Positions 1 through 13,362 of a stretch of 64,000 nucleotides of DNA are shown here, in pieces. The notes below the pieces were generated by a model. That model was not told the origin of the DNA, made no database searches, and worked only from the letters and a program-made list of their open reading frames with translations. Positions within the stretch are counted from its first letter, which is position 1. Every line of letters begins with the position of its first letter. Origin of the DNA: the human T2T-CHM13v2.0 reference genome, Homo sapiens. The position numbers and the translations under genes are program-made. The stretch is taken from the NCBI RefSeq assembly GCF_009914755.1, contig NC_060938.1, one strand, 5' to 3'.

Positions 1-2442
1 GGTCACAAAACGAGTCTTAAAACATTCAAAAAATTTGAAATCATATCAAGTAATTTCTCTGACCACAATGGAATAAAACTAGAAATTAATAACAACAGAA
101 ACTTTGGAAATGATACAAACACATGGAAATTAAATAATATATTCCTGAATGACCAGTGAGTCAATGAAGAAATTAAGAAGAAAATTTAAAAACTTCTACC
201 AGCCCAGTGTTACCTTGGTACTGAAACCAAAAAAGACATATTAAAAAAAGACTATAAGACAGTATCTCTGATGAAGAATGCTGTAAAAATCCTCAACAAA
301 ATACCAGCAAACTGAATTCAATAACGTATTAAAAAGATCATTCATCATGACCAGGTGGCATTCATCCCAGTGATGCAAGGATAGCTCAACATATGCAAAT
401 TGATCAATGTCATACATCGTATCACAGAATGAAGAACAAAAGCCATATGATAATTTAAAACTGAGGCTGAATAAATATTTGATGAAATTCATCATCCCTT
501 CATGATATAAACCCTAAAAAACTGGGTATAGAAGGGAACATATTTCAACACAATAAAAGCCATATATGACAGACCCACAGCTAATATAATACTAAATGAG
601 CAAACACTGAAAGCCTTTGTTCTAAGATATGGAACAAGACAAGGATGCCCCATTTTTACCAGTGTTATTTAACACATTACCTGACTTCCCTAACTAGAGC
701 AATCAGAAAACAGAATGAAATAAAAGGCATGAAAATTGGAAAGAGAAAGAAGTCAAATTATTCTTGTTTGCAGATAATGCGAACTTATATTTGGAAAAAC
801 TTAAAGATTCTACAAAAAACTATTAAAACATAAATAAATTCAGTAAAGTCTCAGGTTACCAAATCAATAGCACTTCTATTAATACATGCCACCAGTGAAC
901 AATCTGAAAAGATATCAATACAGTAATCTAGTTTACAATAGCTACAAATAAAATTAAACACCTAGGAATAAACTTAAAGACGTGAGAGATTACTACAAGG
1001 AAAATTATAAAATATTGATGTAAGAAATTGAAGTGGACATGAAAAATGAAAAGATAGTGCATGTTCATAGACTGAAAGAATCAAATATAGTTAAAATGTG
1101 CATCCTACCCAAAGCGATCTACAGATTCAATACAGTCTCTATCAAATACCAATGATATTCTTCACAGAAATAGCAAAAGCAATTCTAAAATTTATGTGGA
1201 ACCACAAAAGACCCAGAACAGCCAAAGCTATCCTGAGCAAAAAGTATGAAATGAGGAATCACATTACCAGACTTCAAATTATACTGTAGAGGTATAGTAA
1301 CAAAAATACCACGGTACCAGCATAAAAACAGACACATAGACCAATGGAATATATAGAACCCAGAAATAAATCTATACATCTATAGAGAACTTGCTTTTGA
1401 TAAAGTTGCCAAAAACATACATTGGGGAGAGGACATTCTCTTCAATAAATGGTGCTGGAAAAACTGAATATCCTTACACAGAAGAGTGAAACTAGACCCC
1501 TATCTCTTGCAATATACGAAAATAAAATCAAAATGGATTAAATACTTAAATCTAAGACCTCAAACTATGAAACTACTAAAAGAAAACAGTGGGGAGATTT
1601 TTGGGGCATTGGTCTGGGCAACAACTTCTTGAGTAATACCCAAAAGCACAGGCAACCAAAGTAGAAATGGATCACATCAATTTAAAAAGTTTCTGCACCA
1701 CACAGGAAAAAATCCACAACATGAAGAGATAACCCATAGAATAAGAAAAAAATATTTGCAAACTACCTATCTAACAAGGGATTAATAACCAGAATATATG
1801 AAGAGCTCAAACAAGTCAAGAGGGAGAAAATATCTGAATAAACATTTCTGAAAAGAAGACTTATAAATGGCAAACAGGTATATGGAAAGGTGCTCAATAT
1901 CCTTGATCATCAGAAAAATACAAAACAAACTATAATGAGACATCATATTACCCCAATTTAAATGGCTTATATGCTAAAGACAGGAGATAATGAATGCTGA
2001 CAAGAATGTGGAGAAAAGAGAATGCTTATATACTGTTGGCAGAAGTTAAATGGGTATAACCACCATGGAGAACAGTTTGGAGGTTCCTCAAAAATCTAGA
2101 AATAGAGCTACCATATGATCCAGCCATCTCACTGCTGGATATATGCTCAAAAGAAAGGAAATCAGCATATTAAAGAGATACCTACACTCCATTGTTTATT
2201 ACAGCATTATTCACAATAGCCAAGATTTGGAAGTAACCTGTGTTCATCAACAGAAAGTGGATAAAGAAAATGCAGTGTATATACACAATGAAGCACCATT
2301 CAGCCATAAAAAAGAATATCTTGTCATTTGCAACAACATGGATGGAACTGGAGGACATTATGTTAAGTGAAATAAGCCAAGCACAAAAAGTCAAACTTTG
2401 CATGTTCTCACTCATCAGAAGGGGCTAAAAATTAAAATAATT
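1..2442 (+). mobile_element. LINE-1 (L1MA-type) decayed ORF2 plus start of 3' UTR; internal deletion near 197
   Basis: ORF2-like motifs in broken frames ([55 protein letters not shown]); many stops and frameshifts. Confidence 0.93.
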
Positions 2443-2665
2443 GGCTGGGCTCACGCCTGTAATCCCAGCACTTTGGGAGGCCAATGTGGGCGGATCACGA
2501 GGTCAGGAGTTCAAGACCAGCCTGACTAACATGGTGAAACCCCGTCTCTACTAAAAATACAGACACTAACCGGCTGTGGTGGCACGCGCCTGTAATCCCA
2601 GCTACTCAGGAGGCTGAGACAGGAGAATCGCTTGAACCCGGGAGGGGGAGGTTGCAGTGAGCAGA
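2443..2665 (+). mobile_element. AluS (Sg-like), 3'-truncated, no A-tail
   Basis: Alu left arm, A-rich linker and part of the right arm; stops after GTTGCAGTGAGC. Confidence 0.92.
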
Positions 2666-2694
2666 AATATTCATAAAATCATTGGAATAGAAAG

Positions 2695-3403
2695 TTTTTT
2701 CCTTATGTTATCTTCTAAGATTTTAATGGTTTTAGGTCCTACAATTAAGTCTAAGCAATTCTGAGTTAATATTGATATACAGTATAAGATAAGGATCCAA
2801 TTTTTTTTTTGCATGTTGATATCCTGCTTTCTCAATACAATTGATTGAAAAGAGTCATTTCCTCATCTATATTGTTGGCACTTTTGTTAAATATTAGTTG
2901 ACTGTATATGATGAATTTATTTCTAGGCTCTTCATTCTGTCCCATTTGTATATGTGTCTGTTTTTATGTCAAAAACACTGTTTTGATTACTATAGCTTTG
3001 TAATATACTTTGAGAGCAGGTAATATAACTTCAGCTATGTTTTTCTTTCTCAAGAATGCTATACTTTTTCATGGTCTTTTGTAGTTCCATATGATTTTAG
3101 GATTTTTTTTTCTATTTCTGTGGAAAATGTCATTGGAATTTTGATAGGGATTTCTTGAATCTGTAGATCATTCAGGTATTATGAACATTTTAATAATATT
3201 GGTTCTTCCAAATCATGAACACACGTTATCTTTCCATTTATTTTATTTTTGTCTTCAATTTCTTTTATTACTATTTTATAAATTTCAATGTAGAAACTTG
3301 TCCTCTCTCTAGTAGAATTTATTTCTAGGTATTTTATTATTTTTAGGCTATTGTAAATTGAATTGTTTTCTTAATTCCTTTTTCAGATAGTTTATTGTTA
3401 GTA
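2695..3403 (-). mobile_element. LINE-1 ORF2 fragment (old L1M), interrupted by Tigger3
   Basis: T-rich antisense ORF2 sequence, e.g. TTCCATATGATTTTAGGAT and GGAATTTTGATAGGGA. Confidence 0.85.
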
Positions 3404-5915
3404 CAGTCATGCATCACTTAACAATGGGGATAGTTTCAGAGAAATGCATTGATAGGCAATATTGTCATGTGAACATCATACAGTGTACTTACACAAACCT
3501 AGATAGTATAGCCTACTACACACCTAGGCTATATGGTATAGCCTATCACTCTTAGGCTACAAACATGTACAACATATTACTGTACCAAATACTGCAGGCA
3601 ACCGTAACACAATGGCAAGTATTTATATGTCTAAATATTTCTAAATGTAGAAAAGGCACTATAAAAATATAATATAAAAATTAAAAATAGTATAGGGCAC
3701 TTAAAATGGAAGTGGATGAAAGTTGCTCTGGGTGAATCAGTGAGTGAATAGTAAGTGGATGTGAAGGCCTATGACATTACTGTATACTAGGTAGACTTTA
3801 TAAACAATGTATAGTACCCTTAGGCTGCACAAATTATAAAAATGTATTCCATAATAAATTGTCCTTAGCTTACTGTAACATTTTTAATTCACAAAATTTT
3901 AAATTTTACCTTTCGACTCTTTTTAAATAGCACTTAGCTTAAAACACAAATACTTTATACAGCTGTAAAAAATATTTTCTTTCTTTATATCCTTAGTCTT
4001 TAAGCTTTTTCTAAGTTTTTTTACCTTTTTCACTTTTTGTTAAAAACTAAGACACAAACACACAAGTTAGCCTAGGCCTACTCAAGGCAAGATAATCAAT
4101 ATGACTGTCTTGTACCTTTACGTCTTGTCTTACTGGGCTGTCTTCAAGGGCAATAACGCACATGGACTATCATCTGGCAATGTCTCCTTTTGAAACACCT
4201 ACTGAAGCATCTGCCTGAGGCTCTTCTTGAGGAGGTGTCACTCTTTGCAGGTGTCACTTCTCCATGGTGATTTTCTTGGTTTGTTTTTTCTTTCATCATA
4301 GATTTGCTTGTAAGCTGATAATGTACCATGAACATTCTTCTCTATGAATAAAAACCATTTGGTGTTGAGGTCCATGTTTTGAAACTTCTAATAGGACTTG
4401 TTGAGGTCTGCAAAAGCTTCTACTGAACACTTCACTGTAAATTTTCTTGGGGTTCTTATTCTCCTCAATGTCAACCCAGATTAAAGTTGTTTGAAATTTC
4501 AACCACAGCCTTGTTGATTTTTGCAATGTCTTTGAAGTTATGCAAATCTCTTAAGTACCTTTCTTCAGATGCCATTCATACTCCTTGATGATATTACCCA
4601 AACCCAAAAAAGGTTTTTAGTGCAGCTATAGATATGCTCTTTCCAGAATTGCATCATGTTTTCATGGTGTCTTCTTCAGTTTCAGCAATAGCCTGGGCAA
4701 AGCTCATTCTCAGGTAGTAGGCCTTAAAAGTTGCCATAACTCTTTGATCTATTGGTTGGATCAAGTTCGCTGGAAGTTATTCTCCAAACAGTACTTCTCC
4801 ATTTTGCTTGCATAGCAATTCAGGAAGGCATCTTGCAAAAGAAGCTGGGGCATCCCACAGCTCCTTATTGTTCCTGCAGTACGCTAGCAGAATGTATATA
4901 TTTATAAGCTTTGAAAGCTCTGGGGTTCTCACTACGTCAGATTACAAAGGATTTGAACTTGTAGCTTGCAACTTTGCCCACAAGCAAGACTTTTACCCTG
5001 TCATTAAAAGCTGTGAAACCTGGCATTGACTGGGCCTCCTTATACATGAAAGTCTTTTCAGGCATGTGTATCCAGAATAAAGAGGTTTCATCCATGTTAA
5101 TGATTTGCTCTGGTAAGTAACTTACCTCCACAATGAGCTTATCTGGAGTTTCCAAAACTTCTTTAGCTGCCTTCACATCAGCATTCACAGACTCATCTCT
5201 CACTTTCACATTAGGTAATGAATGATTCTTGACATGGTTAAACCACACAGAGCTAGGAGTAAATTAAACATTACTGAGAGGTTCAGCCTTTTCTTTCAAC
5301 ATTGCAAGCAAACTTTTTGTTTTGGCCATGATTATCAAAGTGCTGAGAAGGGTATGTTTCTGAGTCTGATCTGCAATCCAAGTCATCAGAAGTTTTTCCA
5401 TATTTAACACTAGCTTTTCTCAAATTTTTGTTAGTCTTGTTGCCATCAATGAAGCAGATCCTTTAACAACTTTAGCCACATTCTCCTTGTTATTCAAGAT
5501 CATAGCTATGGTGGAATGGGACATGATTTCCTGGTAAGCCATAACCAGCATTTATTTTCTACCTGTTACCTTTAATCACTTAATTAAGTTTCAGGTCAAT
5601 TATTCAATATGGCCTCTTATTGGTAACATTAACAAAGGATTTTGTACACTGAGGTGCCATAATGAACAAAACAATGTAAGATTAAATCAAGCATAAGAAA
5701 AATAATAAAATCAAGAGTTATGGTAAACACAAGATGTATGAGGTAGCTGCTGATGTGACATGGCATACTGTTTTATGGTAAACTTTTTTTTAATAAGTAA
5801 AAGGGGTACACTCTAAGTGACAAAACGCATAGTATAGTAAATACATAAACCAATGACATAGTCATTTATTTTTATCAAGTAGCATGTACTATACATAATT
5901 GTATGTGTTAGACTT
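3404..5915 (-). mobile_element. Tigger3 (GOLEM) TcMar-Tigger DNA transposon, one TIR lost
   Basis: Starts TA|CAGTCATGCATCACTTAACAATGGGGATA (Tigger3 end at a TA site); internal transposase remnants on the minus strand; opposite subterminal sequence ends near 5915 without a TIR. Confidence 0.88.
4200..5660 (-). pseudogene. Decayed pogo/Tigger DDE transposase within Tigger3
   Basis: ORF 4937-5248 contains YLPEQIINMDETSLFW..MPEKTF..KEAQSMPGF, typical of Tigger/CENP-B-like transposases; putative ATG at 5660 (MAPQCTKS...) is followed by stops and frameshifts; left boundary approximate. Confidence 0.85.
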
Positions 5916-5919
5916 TCAG

Positions 5920-6033
5920 CTTTTAATTTAGATATGGCGGTACATGTGCAGGTTTGTTGTGTGGGTACATTGCATGATGCTAAGGTTTGGGGTATGAATG
6001 ATCCTGTCATCCAGGTACTGAGCACAGTACCCA
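5920..6033 (-). mobile_element. L1P (old L1PA/L1PB) extreme 3' fragment
   Basis: GGTACATGTGCAGGTTTGTT...GATCCTGTCATCCAGGTACTGAGCACAGTACCCA matches the antisense L1P 3' UTR. Confidence 0.8.
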
Positions 6034-7545
6034 CTTATCAATTTTTTCTCTCATGCATGTTTTTGTTGTTGTATCTTAGAAGTAATTGCCAGATACAAGG
6101 TCATCTGGATTTCCTCTTATGTTATCGACTAGGCATAATAAAGTTTTGAATTTTACATTTAGTTATATAATCACATTTTCATTAAAGGCATATAGTCTGT
6201 GCCTGGATTCATAGTTCTGCATGTGGATGTCCAGTTGTTCTAGCAACATTTGTTTAAAAAAAAACTATCTTTTTCTGTTGAATTGCCTTTGATCTTTTGA
6301 CAAAGATTAGTGGACTACATTTGTGTGGATCTATTTCTGGGCTCCCTATTCTGTCCCATTAATATATTTGTCTATTCTTTTACCAATACTGCACTGTCTG
6401 GATTTCTGTCACTTTATGATAAGTCTTCAAGTTGGATAGTGTCAGTCCTCTAACTTTGTTCTTCATTTTCAATGTTGTATTGGCTATCCAAGGTCTTTTG
6501 CCTCTCCATATAAATTTTAGAATCTGTTTGCTGATATTCCCAAAATAACTGGCTGAGATTTTGATTGGGATTGTATAGAGTATACATTTAACATTGGTAA
6601 GAAATGACACCTTGACAATATTGAGAAGATATTGTGTGTGGAATATCTCTCCATTTATTTAGATCTTTTGATTTCTCTCATCAGAGTTTTAGTTTTCCTT
6701 ATACAAATCTTGTAGATATTTTGTTAGATTTTTACTTAAGTATTTTATTATCTTTTATTTTTAGTGCTGTGTGTTTCTTTTTTCTTTTTTTTTTTCTTTT
6801 GGTCTAGTAAGCTGTGATTCTGTGCATCTACTTGTCTCTCCTATTTGGGGATAGCAATTTGTCCTGTGCCCTCAATTCTCTGATGGGTATAAGAAGAGTT
6901 GTTAATTTTCAGTTTGTTCAGGTTTTTCTGGTTGTGGGCATGGAAGTGACAACTGATAACAAGCCAGACAGAAACCAGAAGTCTATTTTATTACTTTACA
7001 AAAAAAAAAAAAAAAAACCAGCTTTTGGCATTATTAATTTTTCCTGTTGTTTGTTTCTTATTTTATTGACTTTGGTTTTTATCTTTATCATATACCTTCT
7101 ATTTTTTATATCATTGATTTTGGAACTCTGTTCTAATGTAAACATTTATAGTAAATTAAACTAAAATAAATTTCTCTCTAAACATTGCTTTATCTACATC
7201 CCTTAAATTTCGGTAGATTGTAATTTATTGTCATTTAGTTTTAAATATTTCTCAATTATTTTTGTGATTCCTTCTTCAATCTATAGATTTAGAATTGCAT
7301 TGTTTATTTTTCAGATATTTGGCAATTTCAAGGTATGTCACTGTTATTGACTTCTAATTTAATTTGGTTATGGTCTGAAAACATACATAATCTATATTAG
7401 TTAGACCTTTTAAAATACATTCAGATTTATTTTACAACCCAGTATACAGTCTTCTTTGGTGAATTTACTATGTGATCTTGAAAATAATATGTATTCTGAA
7501 GTGGGGCTAAGAGTTCAATAAATATAAATTAGATCGAGATGACTA
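6034..7545 (-). mobile_element. Cluster of old L1M fragments (ORF2 3' part, a 5'-end piece at about 6800-6983, endonuclease region)
   Basis: Minus-strand ORF 6380-6610 reads ILKFIWRGKRPWIANTTLKMKNKVRGLTL (L1 ORF2); 6983 leftward reads GACTTCTGGTTTC, like L1MC/MD 5' ends. Confidence 0.75.
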
Positions 7546-7549
7546 ATAA

Positions 7550-7885
7550 AAAAATACTGTCAGCCCAAAATTCTATATTCAACAAGAATATCATCCAAAA
7601 ATGAAGATGAAATAAAGACATTTTCAGTTAAATGAAACAGGAATTATTGCCACCAGAACTGCACTACAAGAAATGCTAACAAAATTCAACAAGCTGAAGG
7701 GAAATAACACCAAGAGAAAACTTGGACTTATAGGGATTAATAAAGAACATTAAAAATTAAAAATGTATAAGTAAATATAATGATGTGTTTTACTCTTTAT
7801 TTAAAATACACATAACTATTTAAAGCAAAATCATAATGCTGTCTTGTAGGGTTTACAGTTTATATAAATAATGCCTATAACAGCA
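7550..7885 (+). mobile_element. Old L1M ORF1 3' end and inter-ORF fragment
   Basis: TGTCAGCCCAAAATTCTATATTCA...GAAGATGAAATAAAGACATTTTCAG resembles the ORF1 C-terminal region. Confidence 0.7.
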
Positions 7886-8280
7886 TCATTCAATTTCTTA
7901 GCTGCAGTAACTATGGAAAAGAAACCAACAACTAAATTTGGTTGGTTGGATGCAAAATGCAAAATGTCCAATAGTTGTTTAAAGCTAACACATGAATTTT
8001 CATCAGACTCTAGAAAAAAAAAAGTTGTATTAATAAAATAATTTCCATTTTGAACATTAGCCCAACTTGAAAATTTTATGTAACTATGGAGTTGGGTAGC
8101 AGCTTTAAGATGGCCTAGTATTTCAGATAATTTTAAGGCCCAACCACTGCAAGCAGCTTATCTCAAGTCACAGATAAGACCAGGACCTGGGTTTCCAGAC
8201 TCCTCATTAAATTCTCTGTTTGTGTCCCACTGGTTTCCTTCACTCTTACTTGCCAACATGTCATGGTCCATCTTTCTCTC

Positions 8281-9630
8281 TTTTTATGTTTCTTTTAAAT
8301 TTTTTATACTTTTATCACTATATAATAGTTGTACATATTTTGGGGGTTCATCTGATACTTTGATATAGGTATACAATGTGTGATGATCAAATCAGTGTAA
8401 TTGGAATATACATCACCTCAAACATCTATCTTTTTAATGTTGGTAATATTACAATTCTTCTCTTCCAAGTATTTTGAAATATAGAATAAATTATTGTTAA
8501 CTATAATTTTTCCTACTGTGCTATCAAATACTAGAACCTATTCCTTCTATCTAACTGCATTTTTGTACCCATTAATCAACTTCTCTTCATTCCCCCTTCC
8601 CTTTCCAACATCTGACAACCACCATTCTACTCTCTACCTCCATGACGTCCACTTTTTAACTCTCACATATGAGTGAGAACATGTGATATTTGTCTTTCTG
8701 TGCCTGGCTTATTTAACTTAAAATAATGACCTTCGATCCCATTCATGTTGCTGCAAATGACAGGATTTTATTCTTTTTATGGCCGAATTTATTCTTTTTA
8801 TGGCCGTATTCTATTGTGTATATACACCACATTTTCTTTATACAGTCACCTGTTGTTGGACATTTAGGTTGATTCCAAATCTTGGCTATTGTGAATAGTG
8901 CTGCAATAAACATGGGAGTGTAGAAACCTCTTTGACATACTGATTTCATTCCCTTTGTGTATGTACCCAGTAGTGGGATTGCTGGATCATATGGTGGTTC
9001 TATTTTTAGTTTTTTGAGGAACCTCCATATTGTTTTCCATAAAGGCTGTACTACTTTACATTCCCACCAACAGTGTACAAGCACTCCTCTTTCTTCGCAT
9101 CCTAATCAGCATTTGTTATTTTCTGCCTTTTTGATAATAGCCATTTTATCTGGAGTGAGACGACATCTCAGTGTGGTTTAGATTTGCATTTATCTGAAGA
9201 TTAATGATGTTGAGCATTTTTTTCATACAGTTGTTGTCCATTGTATGTCTTCAAGAAATATCTATTCAGATCTTTTGCGTATCTTAAAATCAGATTGTTT
9301 GTTTGACTATTGAGTTGAGTTTCTTATACTTACTGGATATTAGTTCCTTGTCAGATGAATATTTTTCACATATTTTCTCCCATTCTGTAGATTGTCTCTT
9401 CACTTTGTTGATTGTTTTCTTTGCTGTGCAGGCAATTTTTATCTTGTTGTAATCCCATTTGCCAATTTTTGCCTTGGTTGTCTCTGCTTTTGTGGTCTTG
9501 CCCCAAAAAATCTTTACCCAGACCAATGTCCTGTAGTTTCCCCAATGCTTTCTTCTGGTAGTCTTACAGTTTCAGGGTCTACCTTTAAGTCTAACCCATT
9601 TCTAGTTTATTTTCAAGTTGATTTTGAAAG
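8281..9630 (-). mobile_element. L1MA 3' end (5'-truncated)
   Basis: Minus ORF 8743-9084 [37 protein letters not shown] is the L1 ORF2 C-terminus; L1MA-type 3' UTR follows. Confidence 0.93.
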
Positions 9631-11294
9631 ATCTTTATAGTTTTTATAAACACTTTCTTACTTGGAGTTTCTAGCAGGTAGGAATTACTTCTGTTCCTTC
9701 TATCTCCTTCAAATGCCTACATATAATAGAGCTCTACAATAACAGAGGCTTAAAAATTCTCATGAAGTGATTGAACCCTTGTAAACTAAAATCCTTTGAA
9801 ATAGTCTTCTGAAAGTTAAGAGAGACTTTAATGGTCATCTACACAACAGGTAGAGGCACCTGTACTCCTTAAAGAAAAAGCAGAAGAAGTGAACTCTGAG
9901 GTGACTCGGTCATTGCCTCTTCCTAAGCCATCCCTTACCAGATTTGCTGATACGTACACAGCCTCTTATCCTCGCTAGAGTCAGCATGTGTTCTAGTTAA
10001 AAATATTTTCCTTTCAGCTTCTCTAAAATTTGGACTCTGTTTATGGCTAATAAATTAAACATGTTTCTCTAGGATGTTATTTAAACCATAATTTGAACCA
10101 TGGCATTTTGTACAAAAAACAATACAAATGGCAATACTGCTATTTGTGGCAATTTTAACAAGCAACACCCATGTAATTCTCTACAAATTAGTATTTAACC
10201 AGAAAATGCAACTGTTTTATTTTTCACATGATCACTTGAACTTCATTCTTTTTTTCATTATAATAAGCCCCTATGTTGTAGAAGACATGATTGTCCAGAT
10301 AAATTTATCTGTCTCAAAGGCTTACTGATTAAAAATAAAGAACATAAAACATAAAATTAAAAGTTTTGCCAATTTTCAATCACCCAAGCAGCAACCACAT
10401 TGAAATGAATAATTTGTCAAATGCCTAGAAACTTTTTAGCACACTTCTGCTTATGAAAATTAAATAATGATTTTTGCTAAAGTAATCATTTGAAAAATCT
10501 ATTTAATAATACAAAGATGATATTTCTTGCCATAAATTACCTAGATCCCTAATGTTCTTAATTTAATGTAATTATTGCATAATATTGGTAGAATTTTCAA
10601 GCTAAGGAAATTATTCCTTACATTTTTTTCTACCTATTCCTTCCTTTCCATTTCCTCTGCCAACATCTTATTTCATTCTTTTTCCTTTTGTTCTTAAATG
10701 AATATAATAGCTATGCCATTTGTTTCCTTGGCATAAGTCATGCAGCCCACTTCAAATCACCCTGCAAATTAGTCTTCCAAACAAATTTATTTCAAAGGTT
10801 TTCTTGCTTAAATTACATTAGTAACTCCCATTATTTACTCTATACAACCCAAATTCCTTAGCCTCACATTTGAGAATCCCATTATTCTCTCAATTTAGCT
10901 GCAGCCACCACCACACCTGTTTCTTCCATTCCAGCTGGACACATTTACTTTCTCACGTATTCTTCATCCCTATTTCTGATCCTGATGTAATGCTCTGGCA
11001 AGCAGAGCACCATGTAGCTGTCCTTTCCCCCACCCATCCAAACACTCTTTTCTTCCATGGCCCAAAACATCTCTCAGGCTCAGTATGACTTGACATTTGA
11101 TTTGTAACTCTTGCTGAGTTTTCCTTTTCAGTGTTTAATTTGTAATATTTGTGACCTCAAAAAAAGCTACTCTCTTAATTGTCCATATTTCTAACCTTCC
11201 TTAAAGATGATCTGAGATCAAGGGCCACATACCCCATCCTTTCATCTTTCTCTTCCACCCATGCAGTTATGAGCTAAAAAGGCCCAGACCTGGC

Positions 11295-11460
11295 TCCCTT
11301 AATTATTTCTCTAAGCTGTCATTTTCTCATATGTCAAATGGAGATAATAATAGCTCCTATGTCATAATTACTGTGAGGATCAAATGAGAAACCTATAAAA
11401 GGTGTTTAAAGCACCTGCTGCTTCGGTAGTAATTAGTATTTTATTTCATATTTTACTATT
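11295..11460 (+). mobile_element. MIR
   Basis: Core-like TTTTCTCATATGTCAAATGGAGATAATAATAG...TGTGAGGATCAAATGAGA. Confidence 0.75.
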
Positions 11461-12489
11461 ACTGCTTTATCCCCATCATCCTCCTCCTTCTCTTCTTCTT
11501 TTTTTTTTTTTTTTTTTTTAATTCTATGCAACTTCTTAAGGCCCGGAAGCAGTTTCCAAGAAGATGTGAGAGTGGCGGAGATGTGTTTGGCTGTGGATCT
11601 AACTCACTTGCCCTTGCTCTCCACATTTCACTATTTCTTTAAGCCCTGAGCAGTAAGGCCATTCATAACATGAAAGTTTTTAAAAATGAGACTTGGAGTT
11701 GAACTTTTGTTTGAAATAGCAAAAACAGACCTTTACCCTGCTTTAGTCTGGCCTATAGAACTGAATAAGCCCTGCTGCAAAAGCTACTGGATGGAGAATT
11801 TGCCATAATTAGATCCCAGTCATTCATGCATGGTGAGTACTGTTTGGATCTCATTAACAGAGATATTAGCATATTGAAAACCATCTTCAGATAAGGTCAA
11901 AAAAGCAGAGACTAGGCTGCGCAGGCATTTCAAATGTAGCATTGCTACCTGCTTGGGAAGATCAGAGAGTGACCTTTCATTCCAGACAATTGTACTAAAA
12001 GCTGAGCCACTGCTATATGAAATCATCTGCTAAGTCATTTCTACTGTGCCAAAATTTTAGACTGAGCTAATTTGAGATAAACATAGCTCTTTCACAGAGA
12101 CTCTCTATAGAAAGTTGTTTTTGTCTCTTTCTTCTTTTACTTTTTACTTTCTTCCCTTCCCTTCCCTTTATTTGCTTGTGATATGAATTTGCTGCTTGAA
12201 GTAAAGCATGTGACTCTACCCATTTTTCTGATTTACAAATATATAACTGTCAATATCTCTTCAGTATTTGGGGTATGGTGCACTATTTGAAAAAATGTAC
12301 CCAGAGTGACCTCCCACCAGTTGTCTGAATGTGGAATACTCTTCTGAGCAGTTTCAAAGGTATTCATGACTTAGAAAAAGACCAAACTACACTGATTGAT
12401 ACTTAGAACACTCCAGAATTTTATTTTAGCCTCTCTCTTAAGTTTTACCTCCCAGAACTTCCTATGGCAAACCCATGTTTCAGTCTAAA

Positions 12490-12830
12490 TCATTCATTCA
12501 TTCATTCAAGGCATAGTTATTGAACACCTACTCTGAGTCAAGCCCTACCCTAAGTACTGAGAATTTAGTGATAACAGTGCCTGAGCTGGTGGGACTTAGA
12601 AACCAGAAAAAGAGGTAGATATTAAGAAAATAAATTGCTAAAAAATTTAATTACAATTGTGATAAGTACAACACAAACATACAGTGTGCAGTGGCAATTT
12701 GTAACAGAGCATCTTACCAAGTCTCTGGAGATTAGACTTGTAGAAAATTATGTATAATCCAGACTGTAGTATTTAGTAGGTGTTAGGTAAAAGTAGAATG
12801 GGCAATAGGAATGTTTCAGGACTAGATCCA
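12490..12830 (-). mobile_element. L2 3' end
   Basis: (TCAT)n tail followed by TTATTGAACACCTACT. Confidence 0.75.
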
Positions 12831-13327
12831 CACATCTGAGTCTAAGGATTCTAGAACTGGAACTCTTTCTGACCAAGTCTCTAATTTTAATCTGATGGGT
12901 ATTTAGGCCAGTTACCTGGTATACTCTCAAACAGTCTCAAACCCCATTTGGGTTTCTTAATTGATTATTTTTATTTTTATGGATTTAAGGGTACAACTAC
13001 AGTTGTGTTATGTGGCTATGTCATGTAGTGGTGAAGTCTGGGATTTTAGAGTACCCATTCACTCAAAGAGTGTACATTGTACCCAATACCTCATACCCCT
13101 CCCCACCAAAAGATAGAGACCCATCTTTTGGAGTCACCAATATCTATTATTCCACTCTATGTGTCTGTTTGTACCCTTTGTTCAGCTCCCAGTTATAAAT
13201 GACCACACAGGGTATTTGATTTTCTGTTTCTGAGTTAATTTCACTAAGGATAATGGCCTACTGTTCCATCTGTGTTGCTGCAAAAGACATGATTGCATTT
13301 TTTATGGCTAAGTAGTATTCCATAATG

Positions 13328-13362
13328 GATAGATACATAGATAGATAGATAGATAGATAGAT
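13328..13362 (+). repeat. (GATA)n tetranucleotide microsatellite, imperfect
   Basis: GATAGATACATAGATAGATAGATAGATAGATAGAT. Confidence 0.9.

Noticed and set aside
6814-7164. 116-aa ORF with a hydrophobic, membrane-like tail
   Set aside because: Translation of T-rich antisense L1 sequence and a poly(A) run
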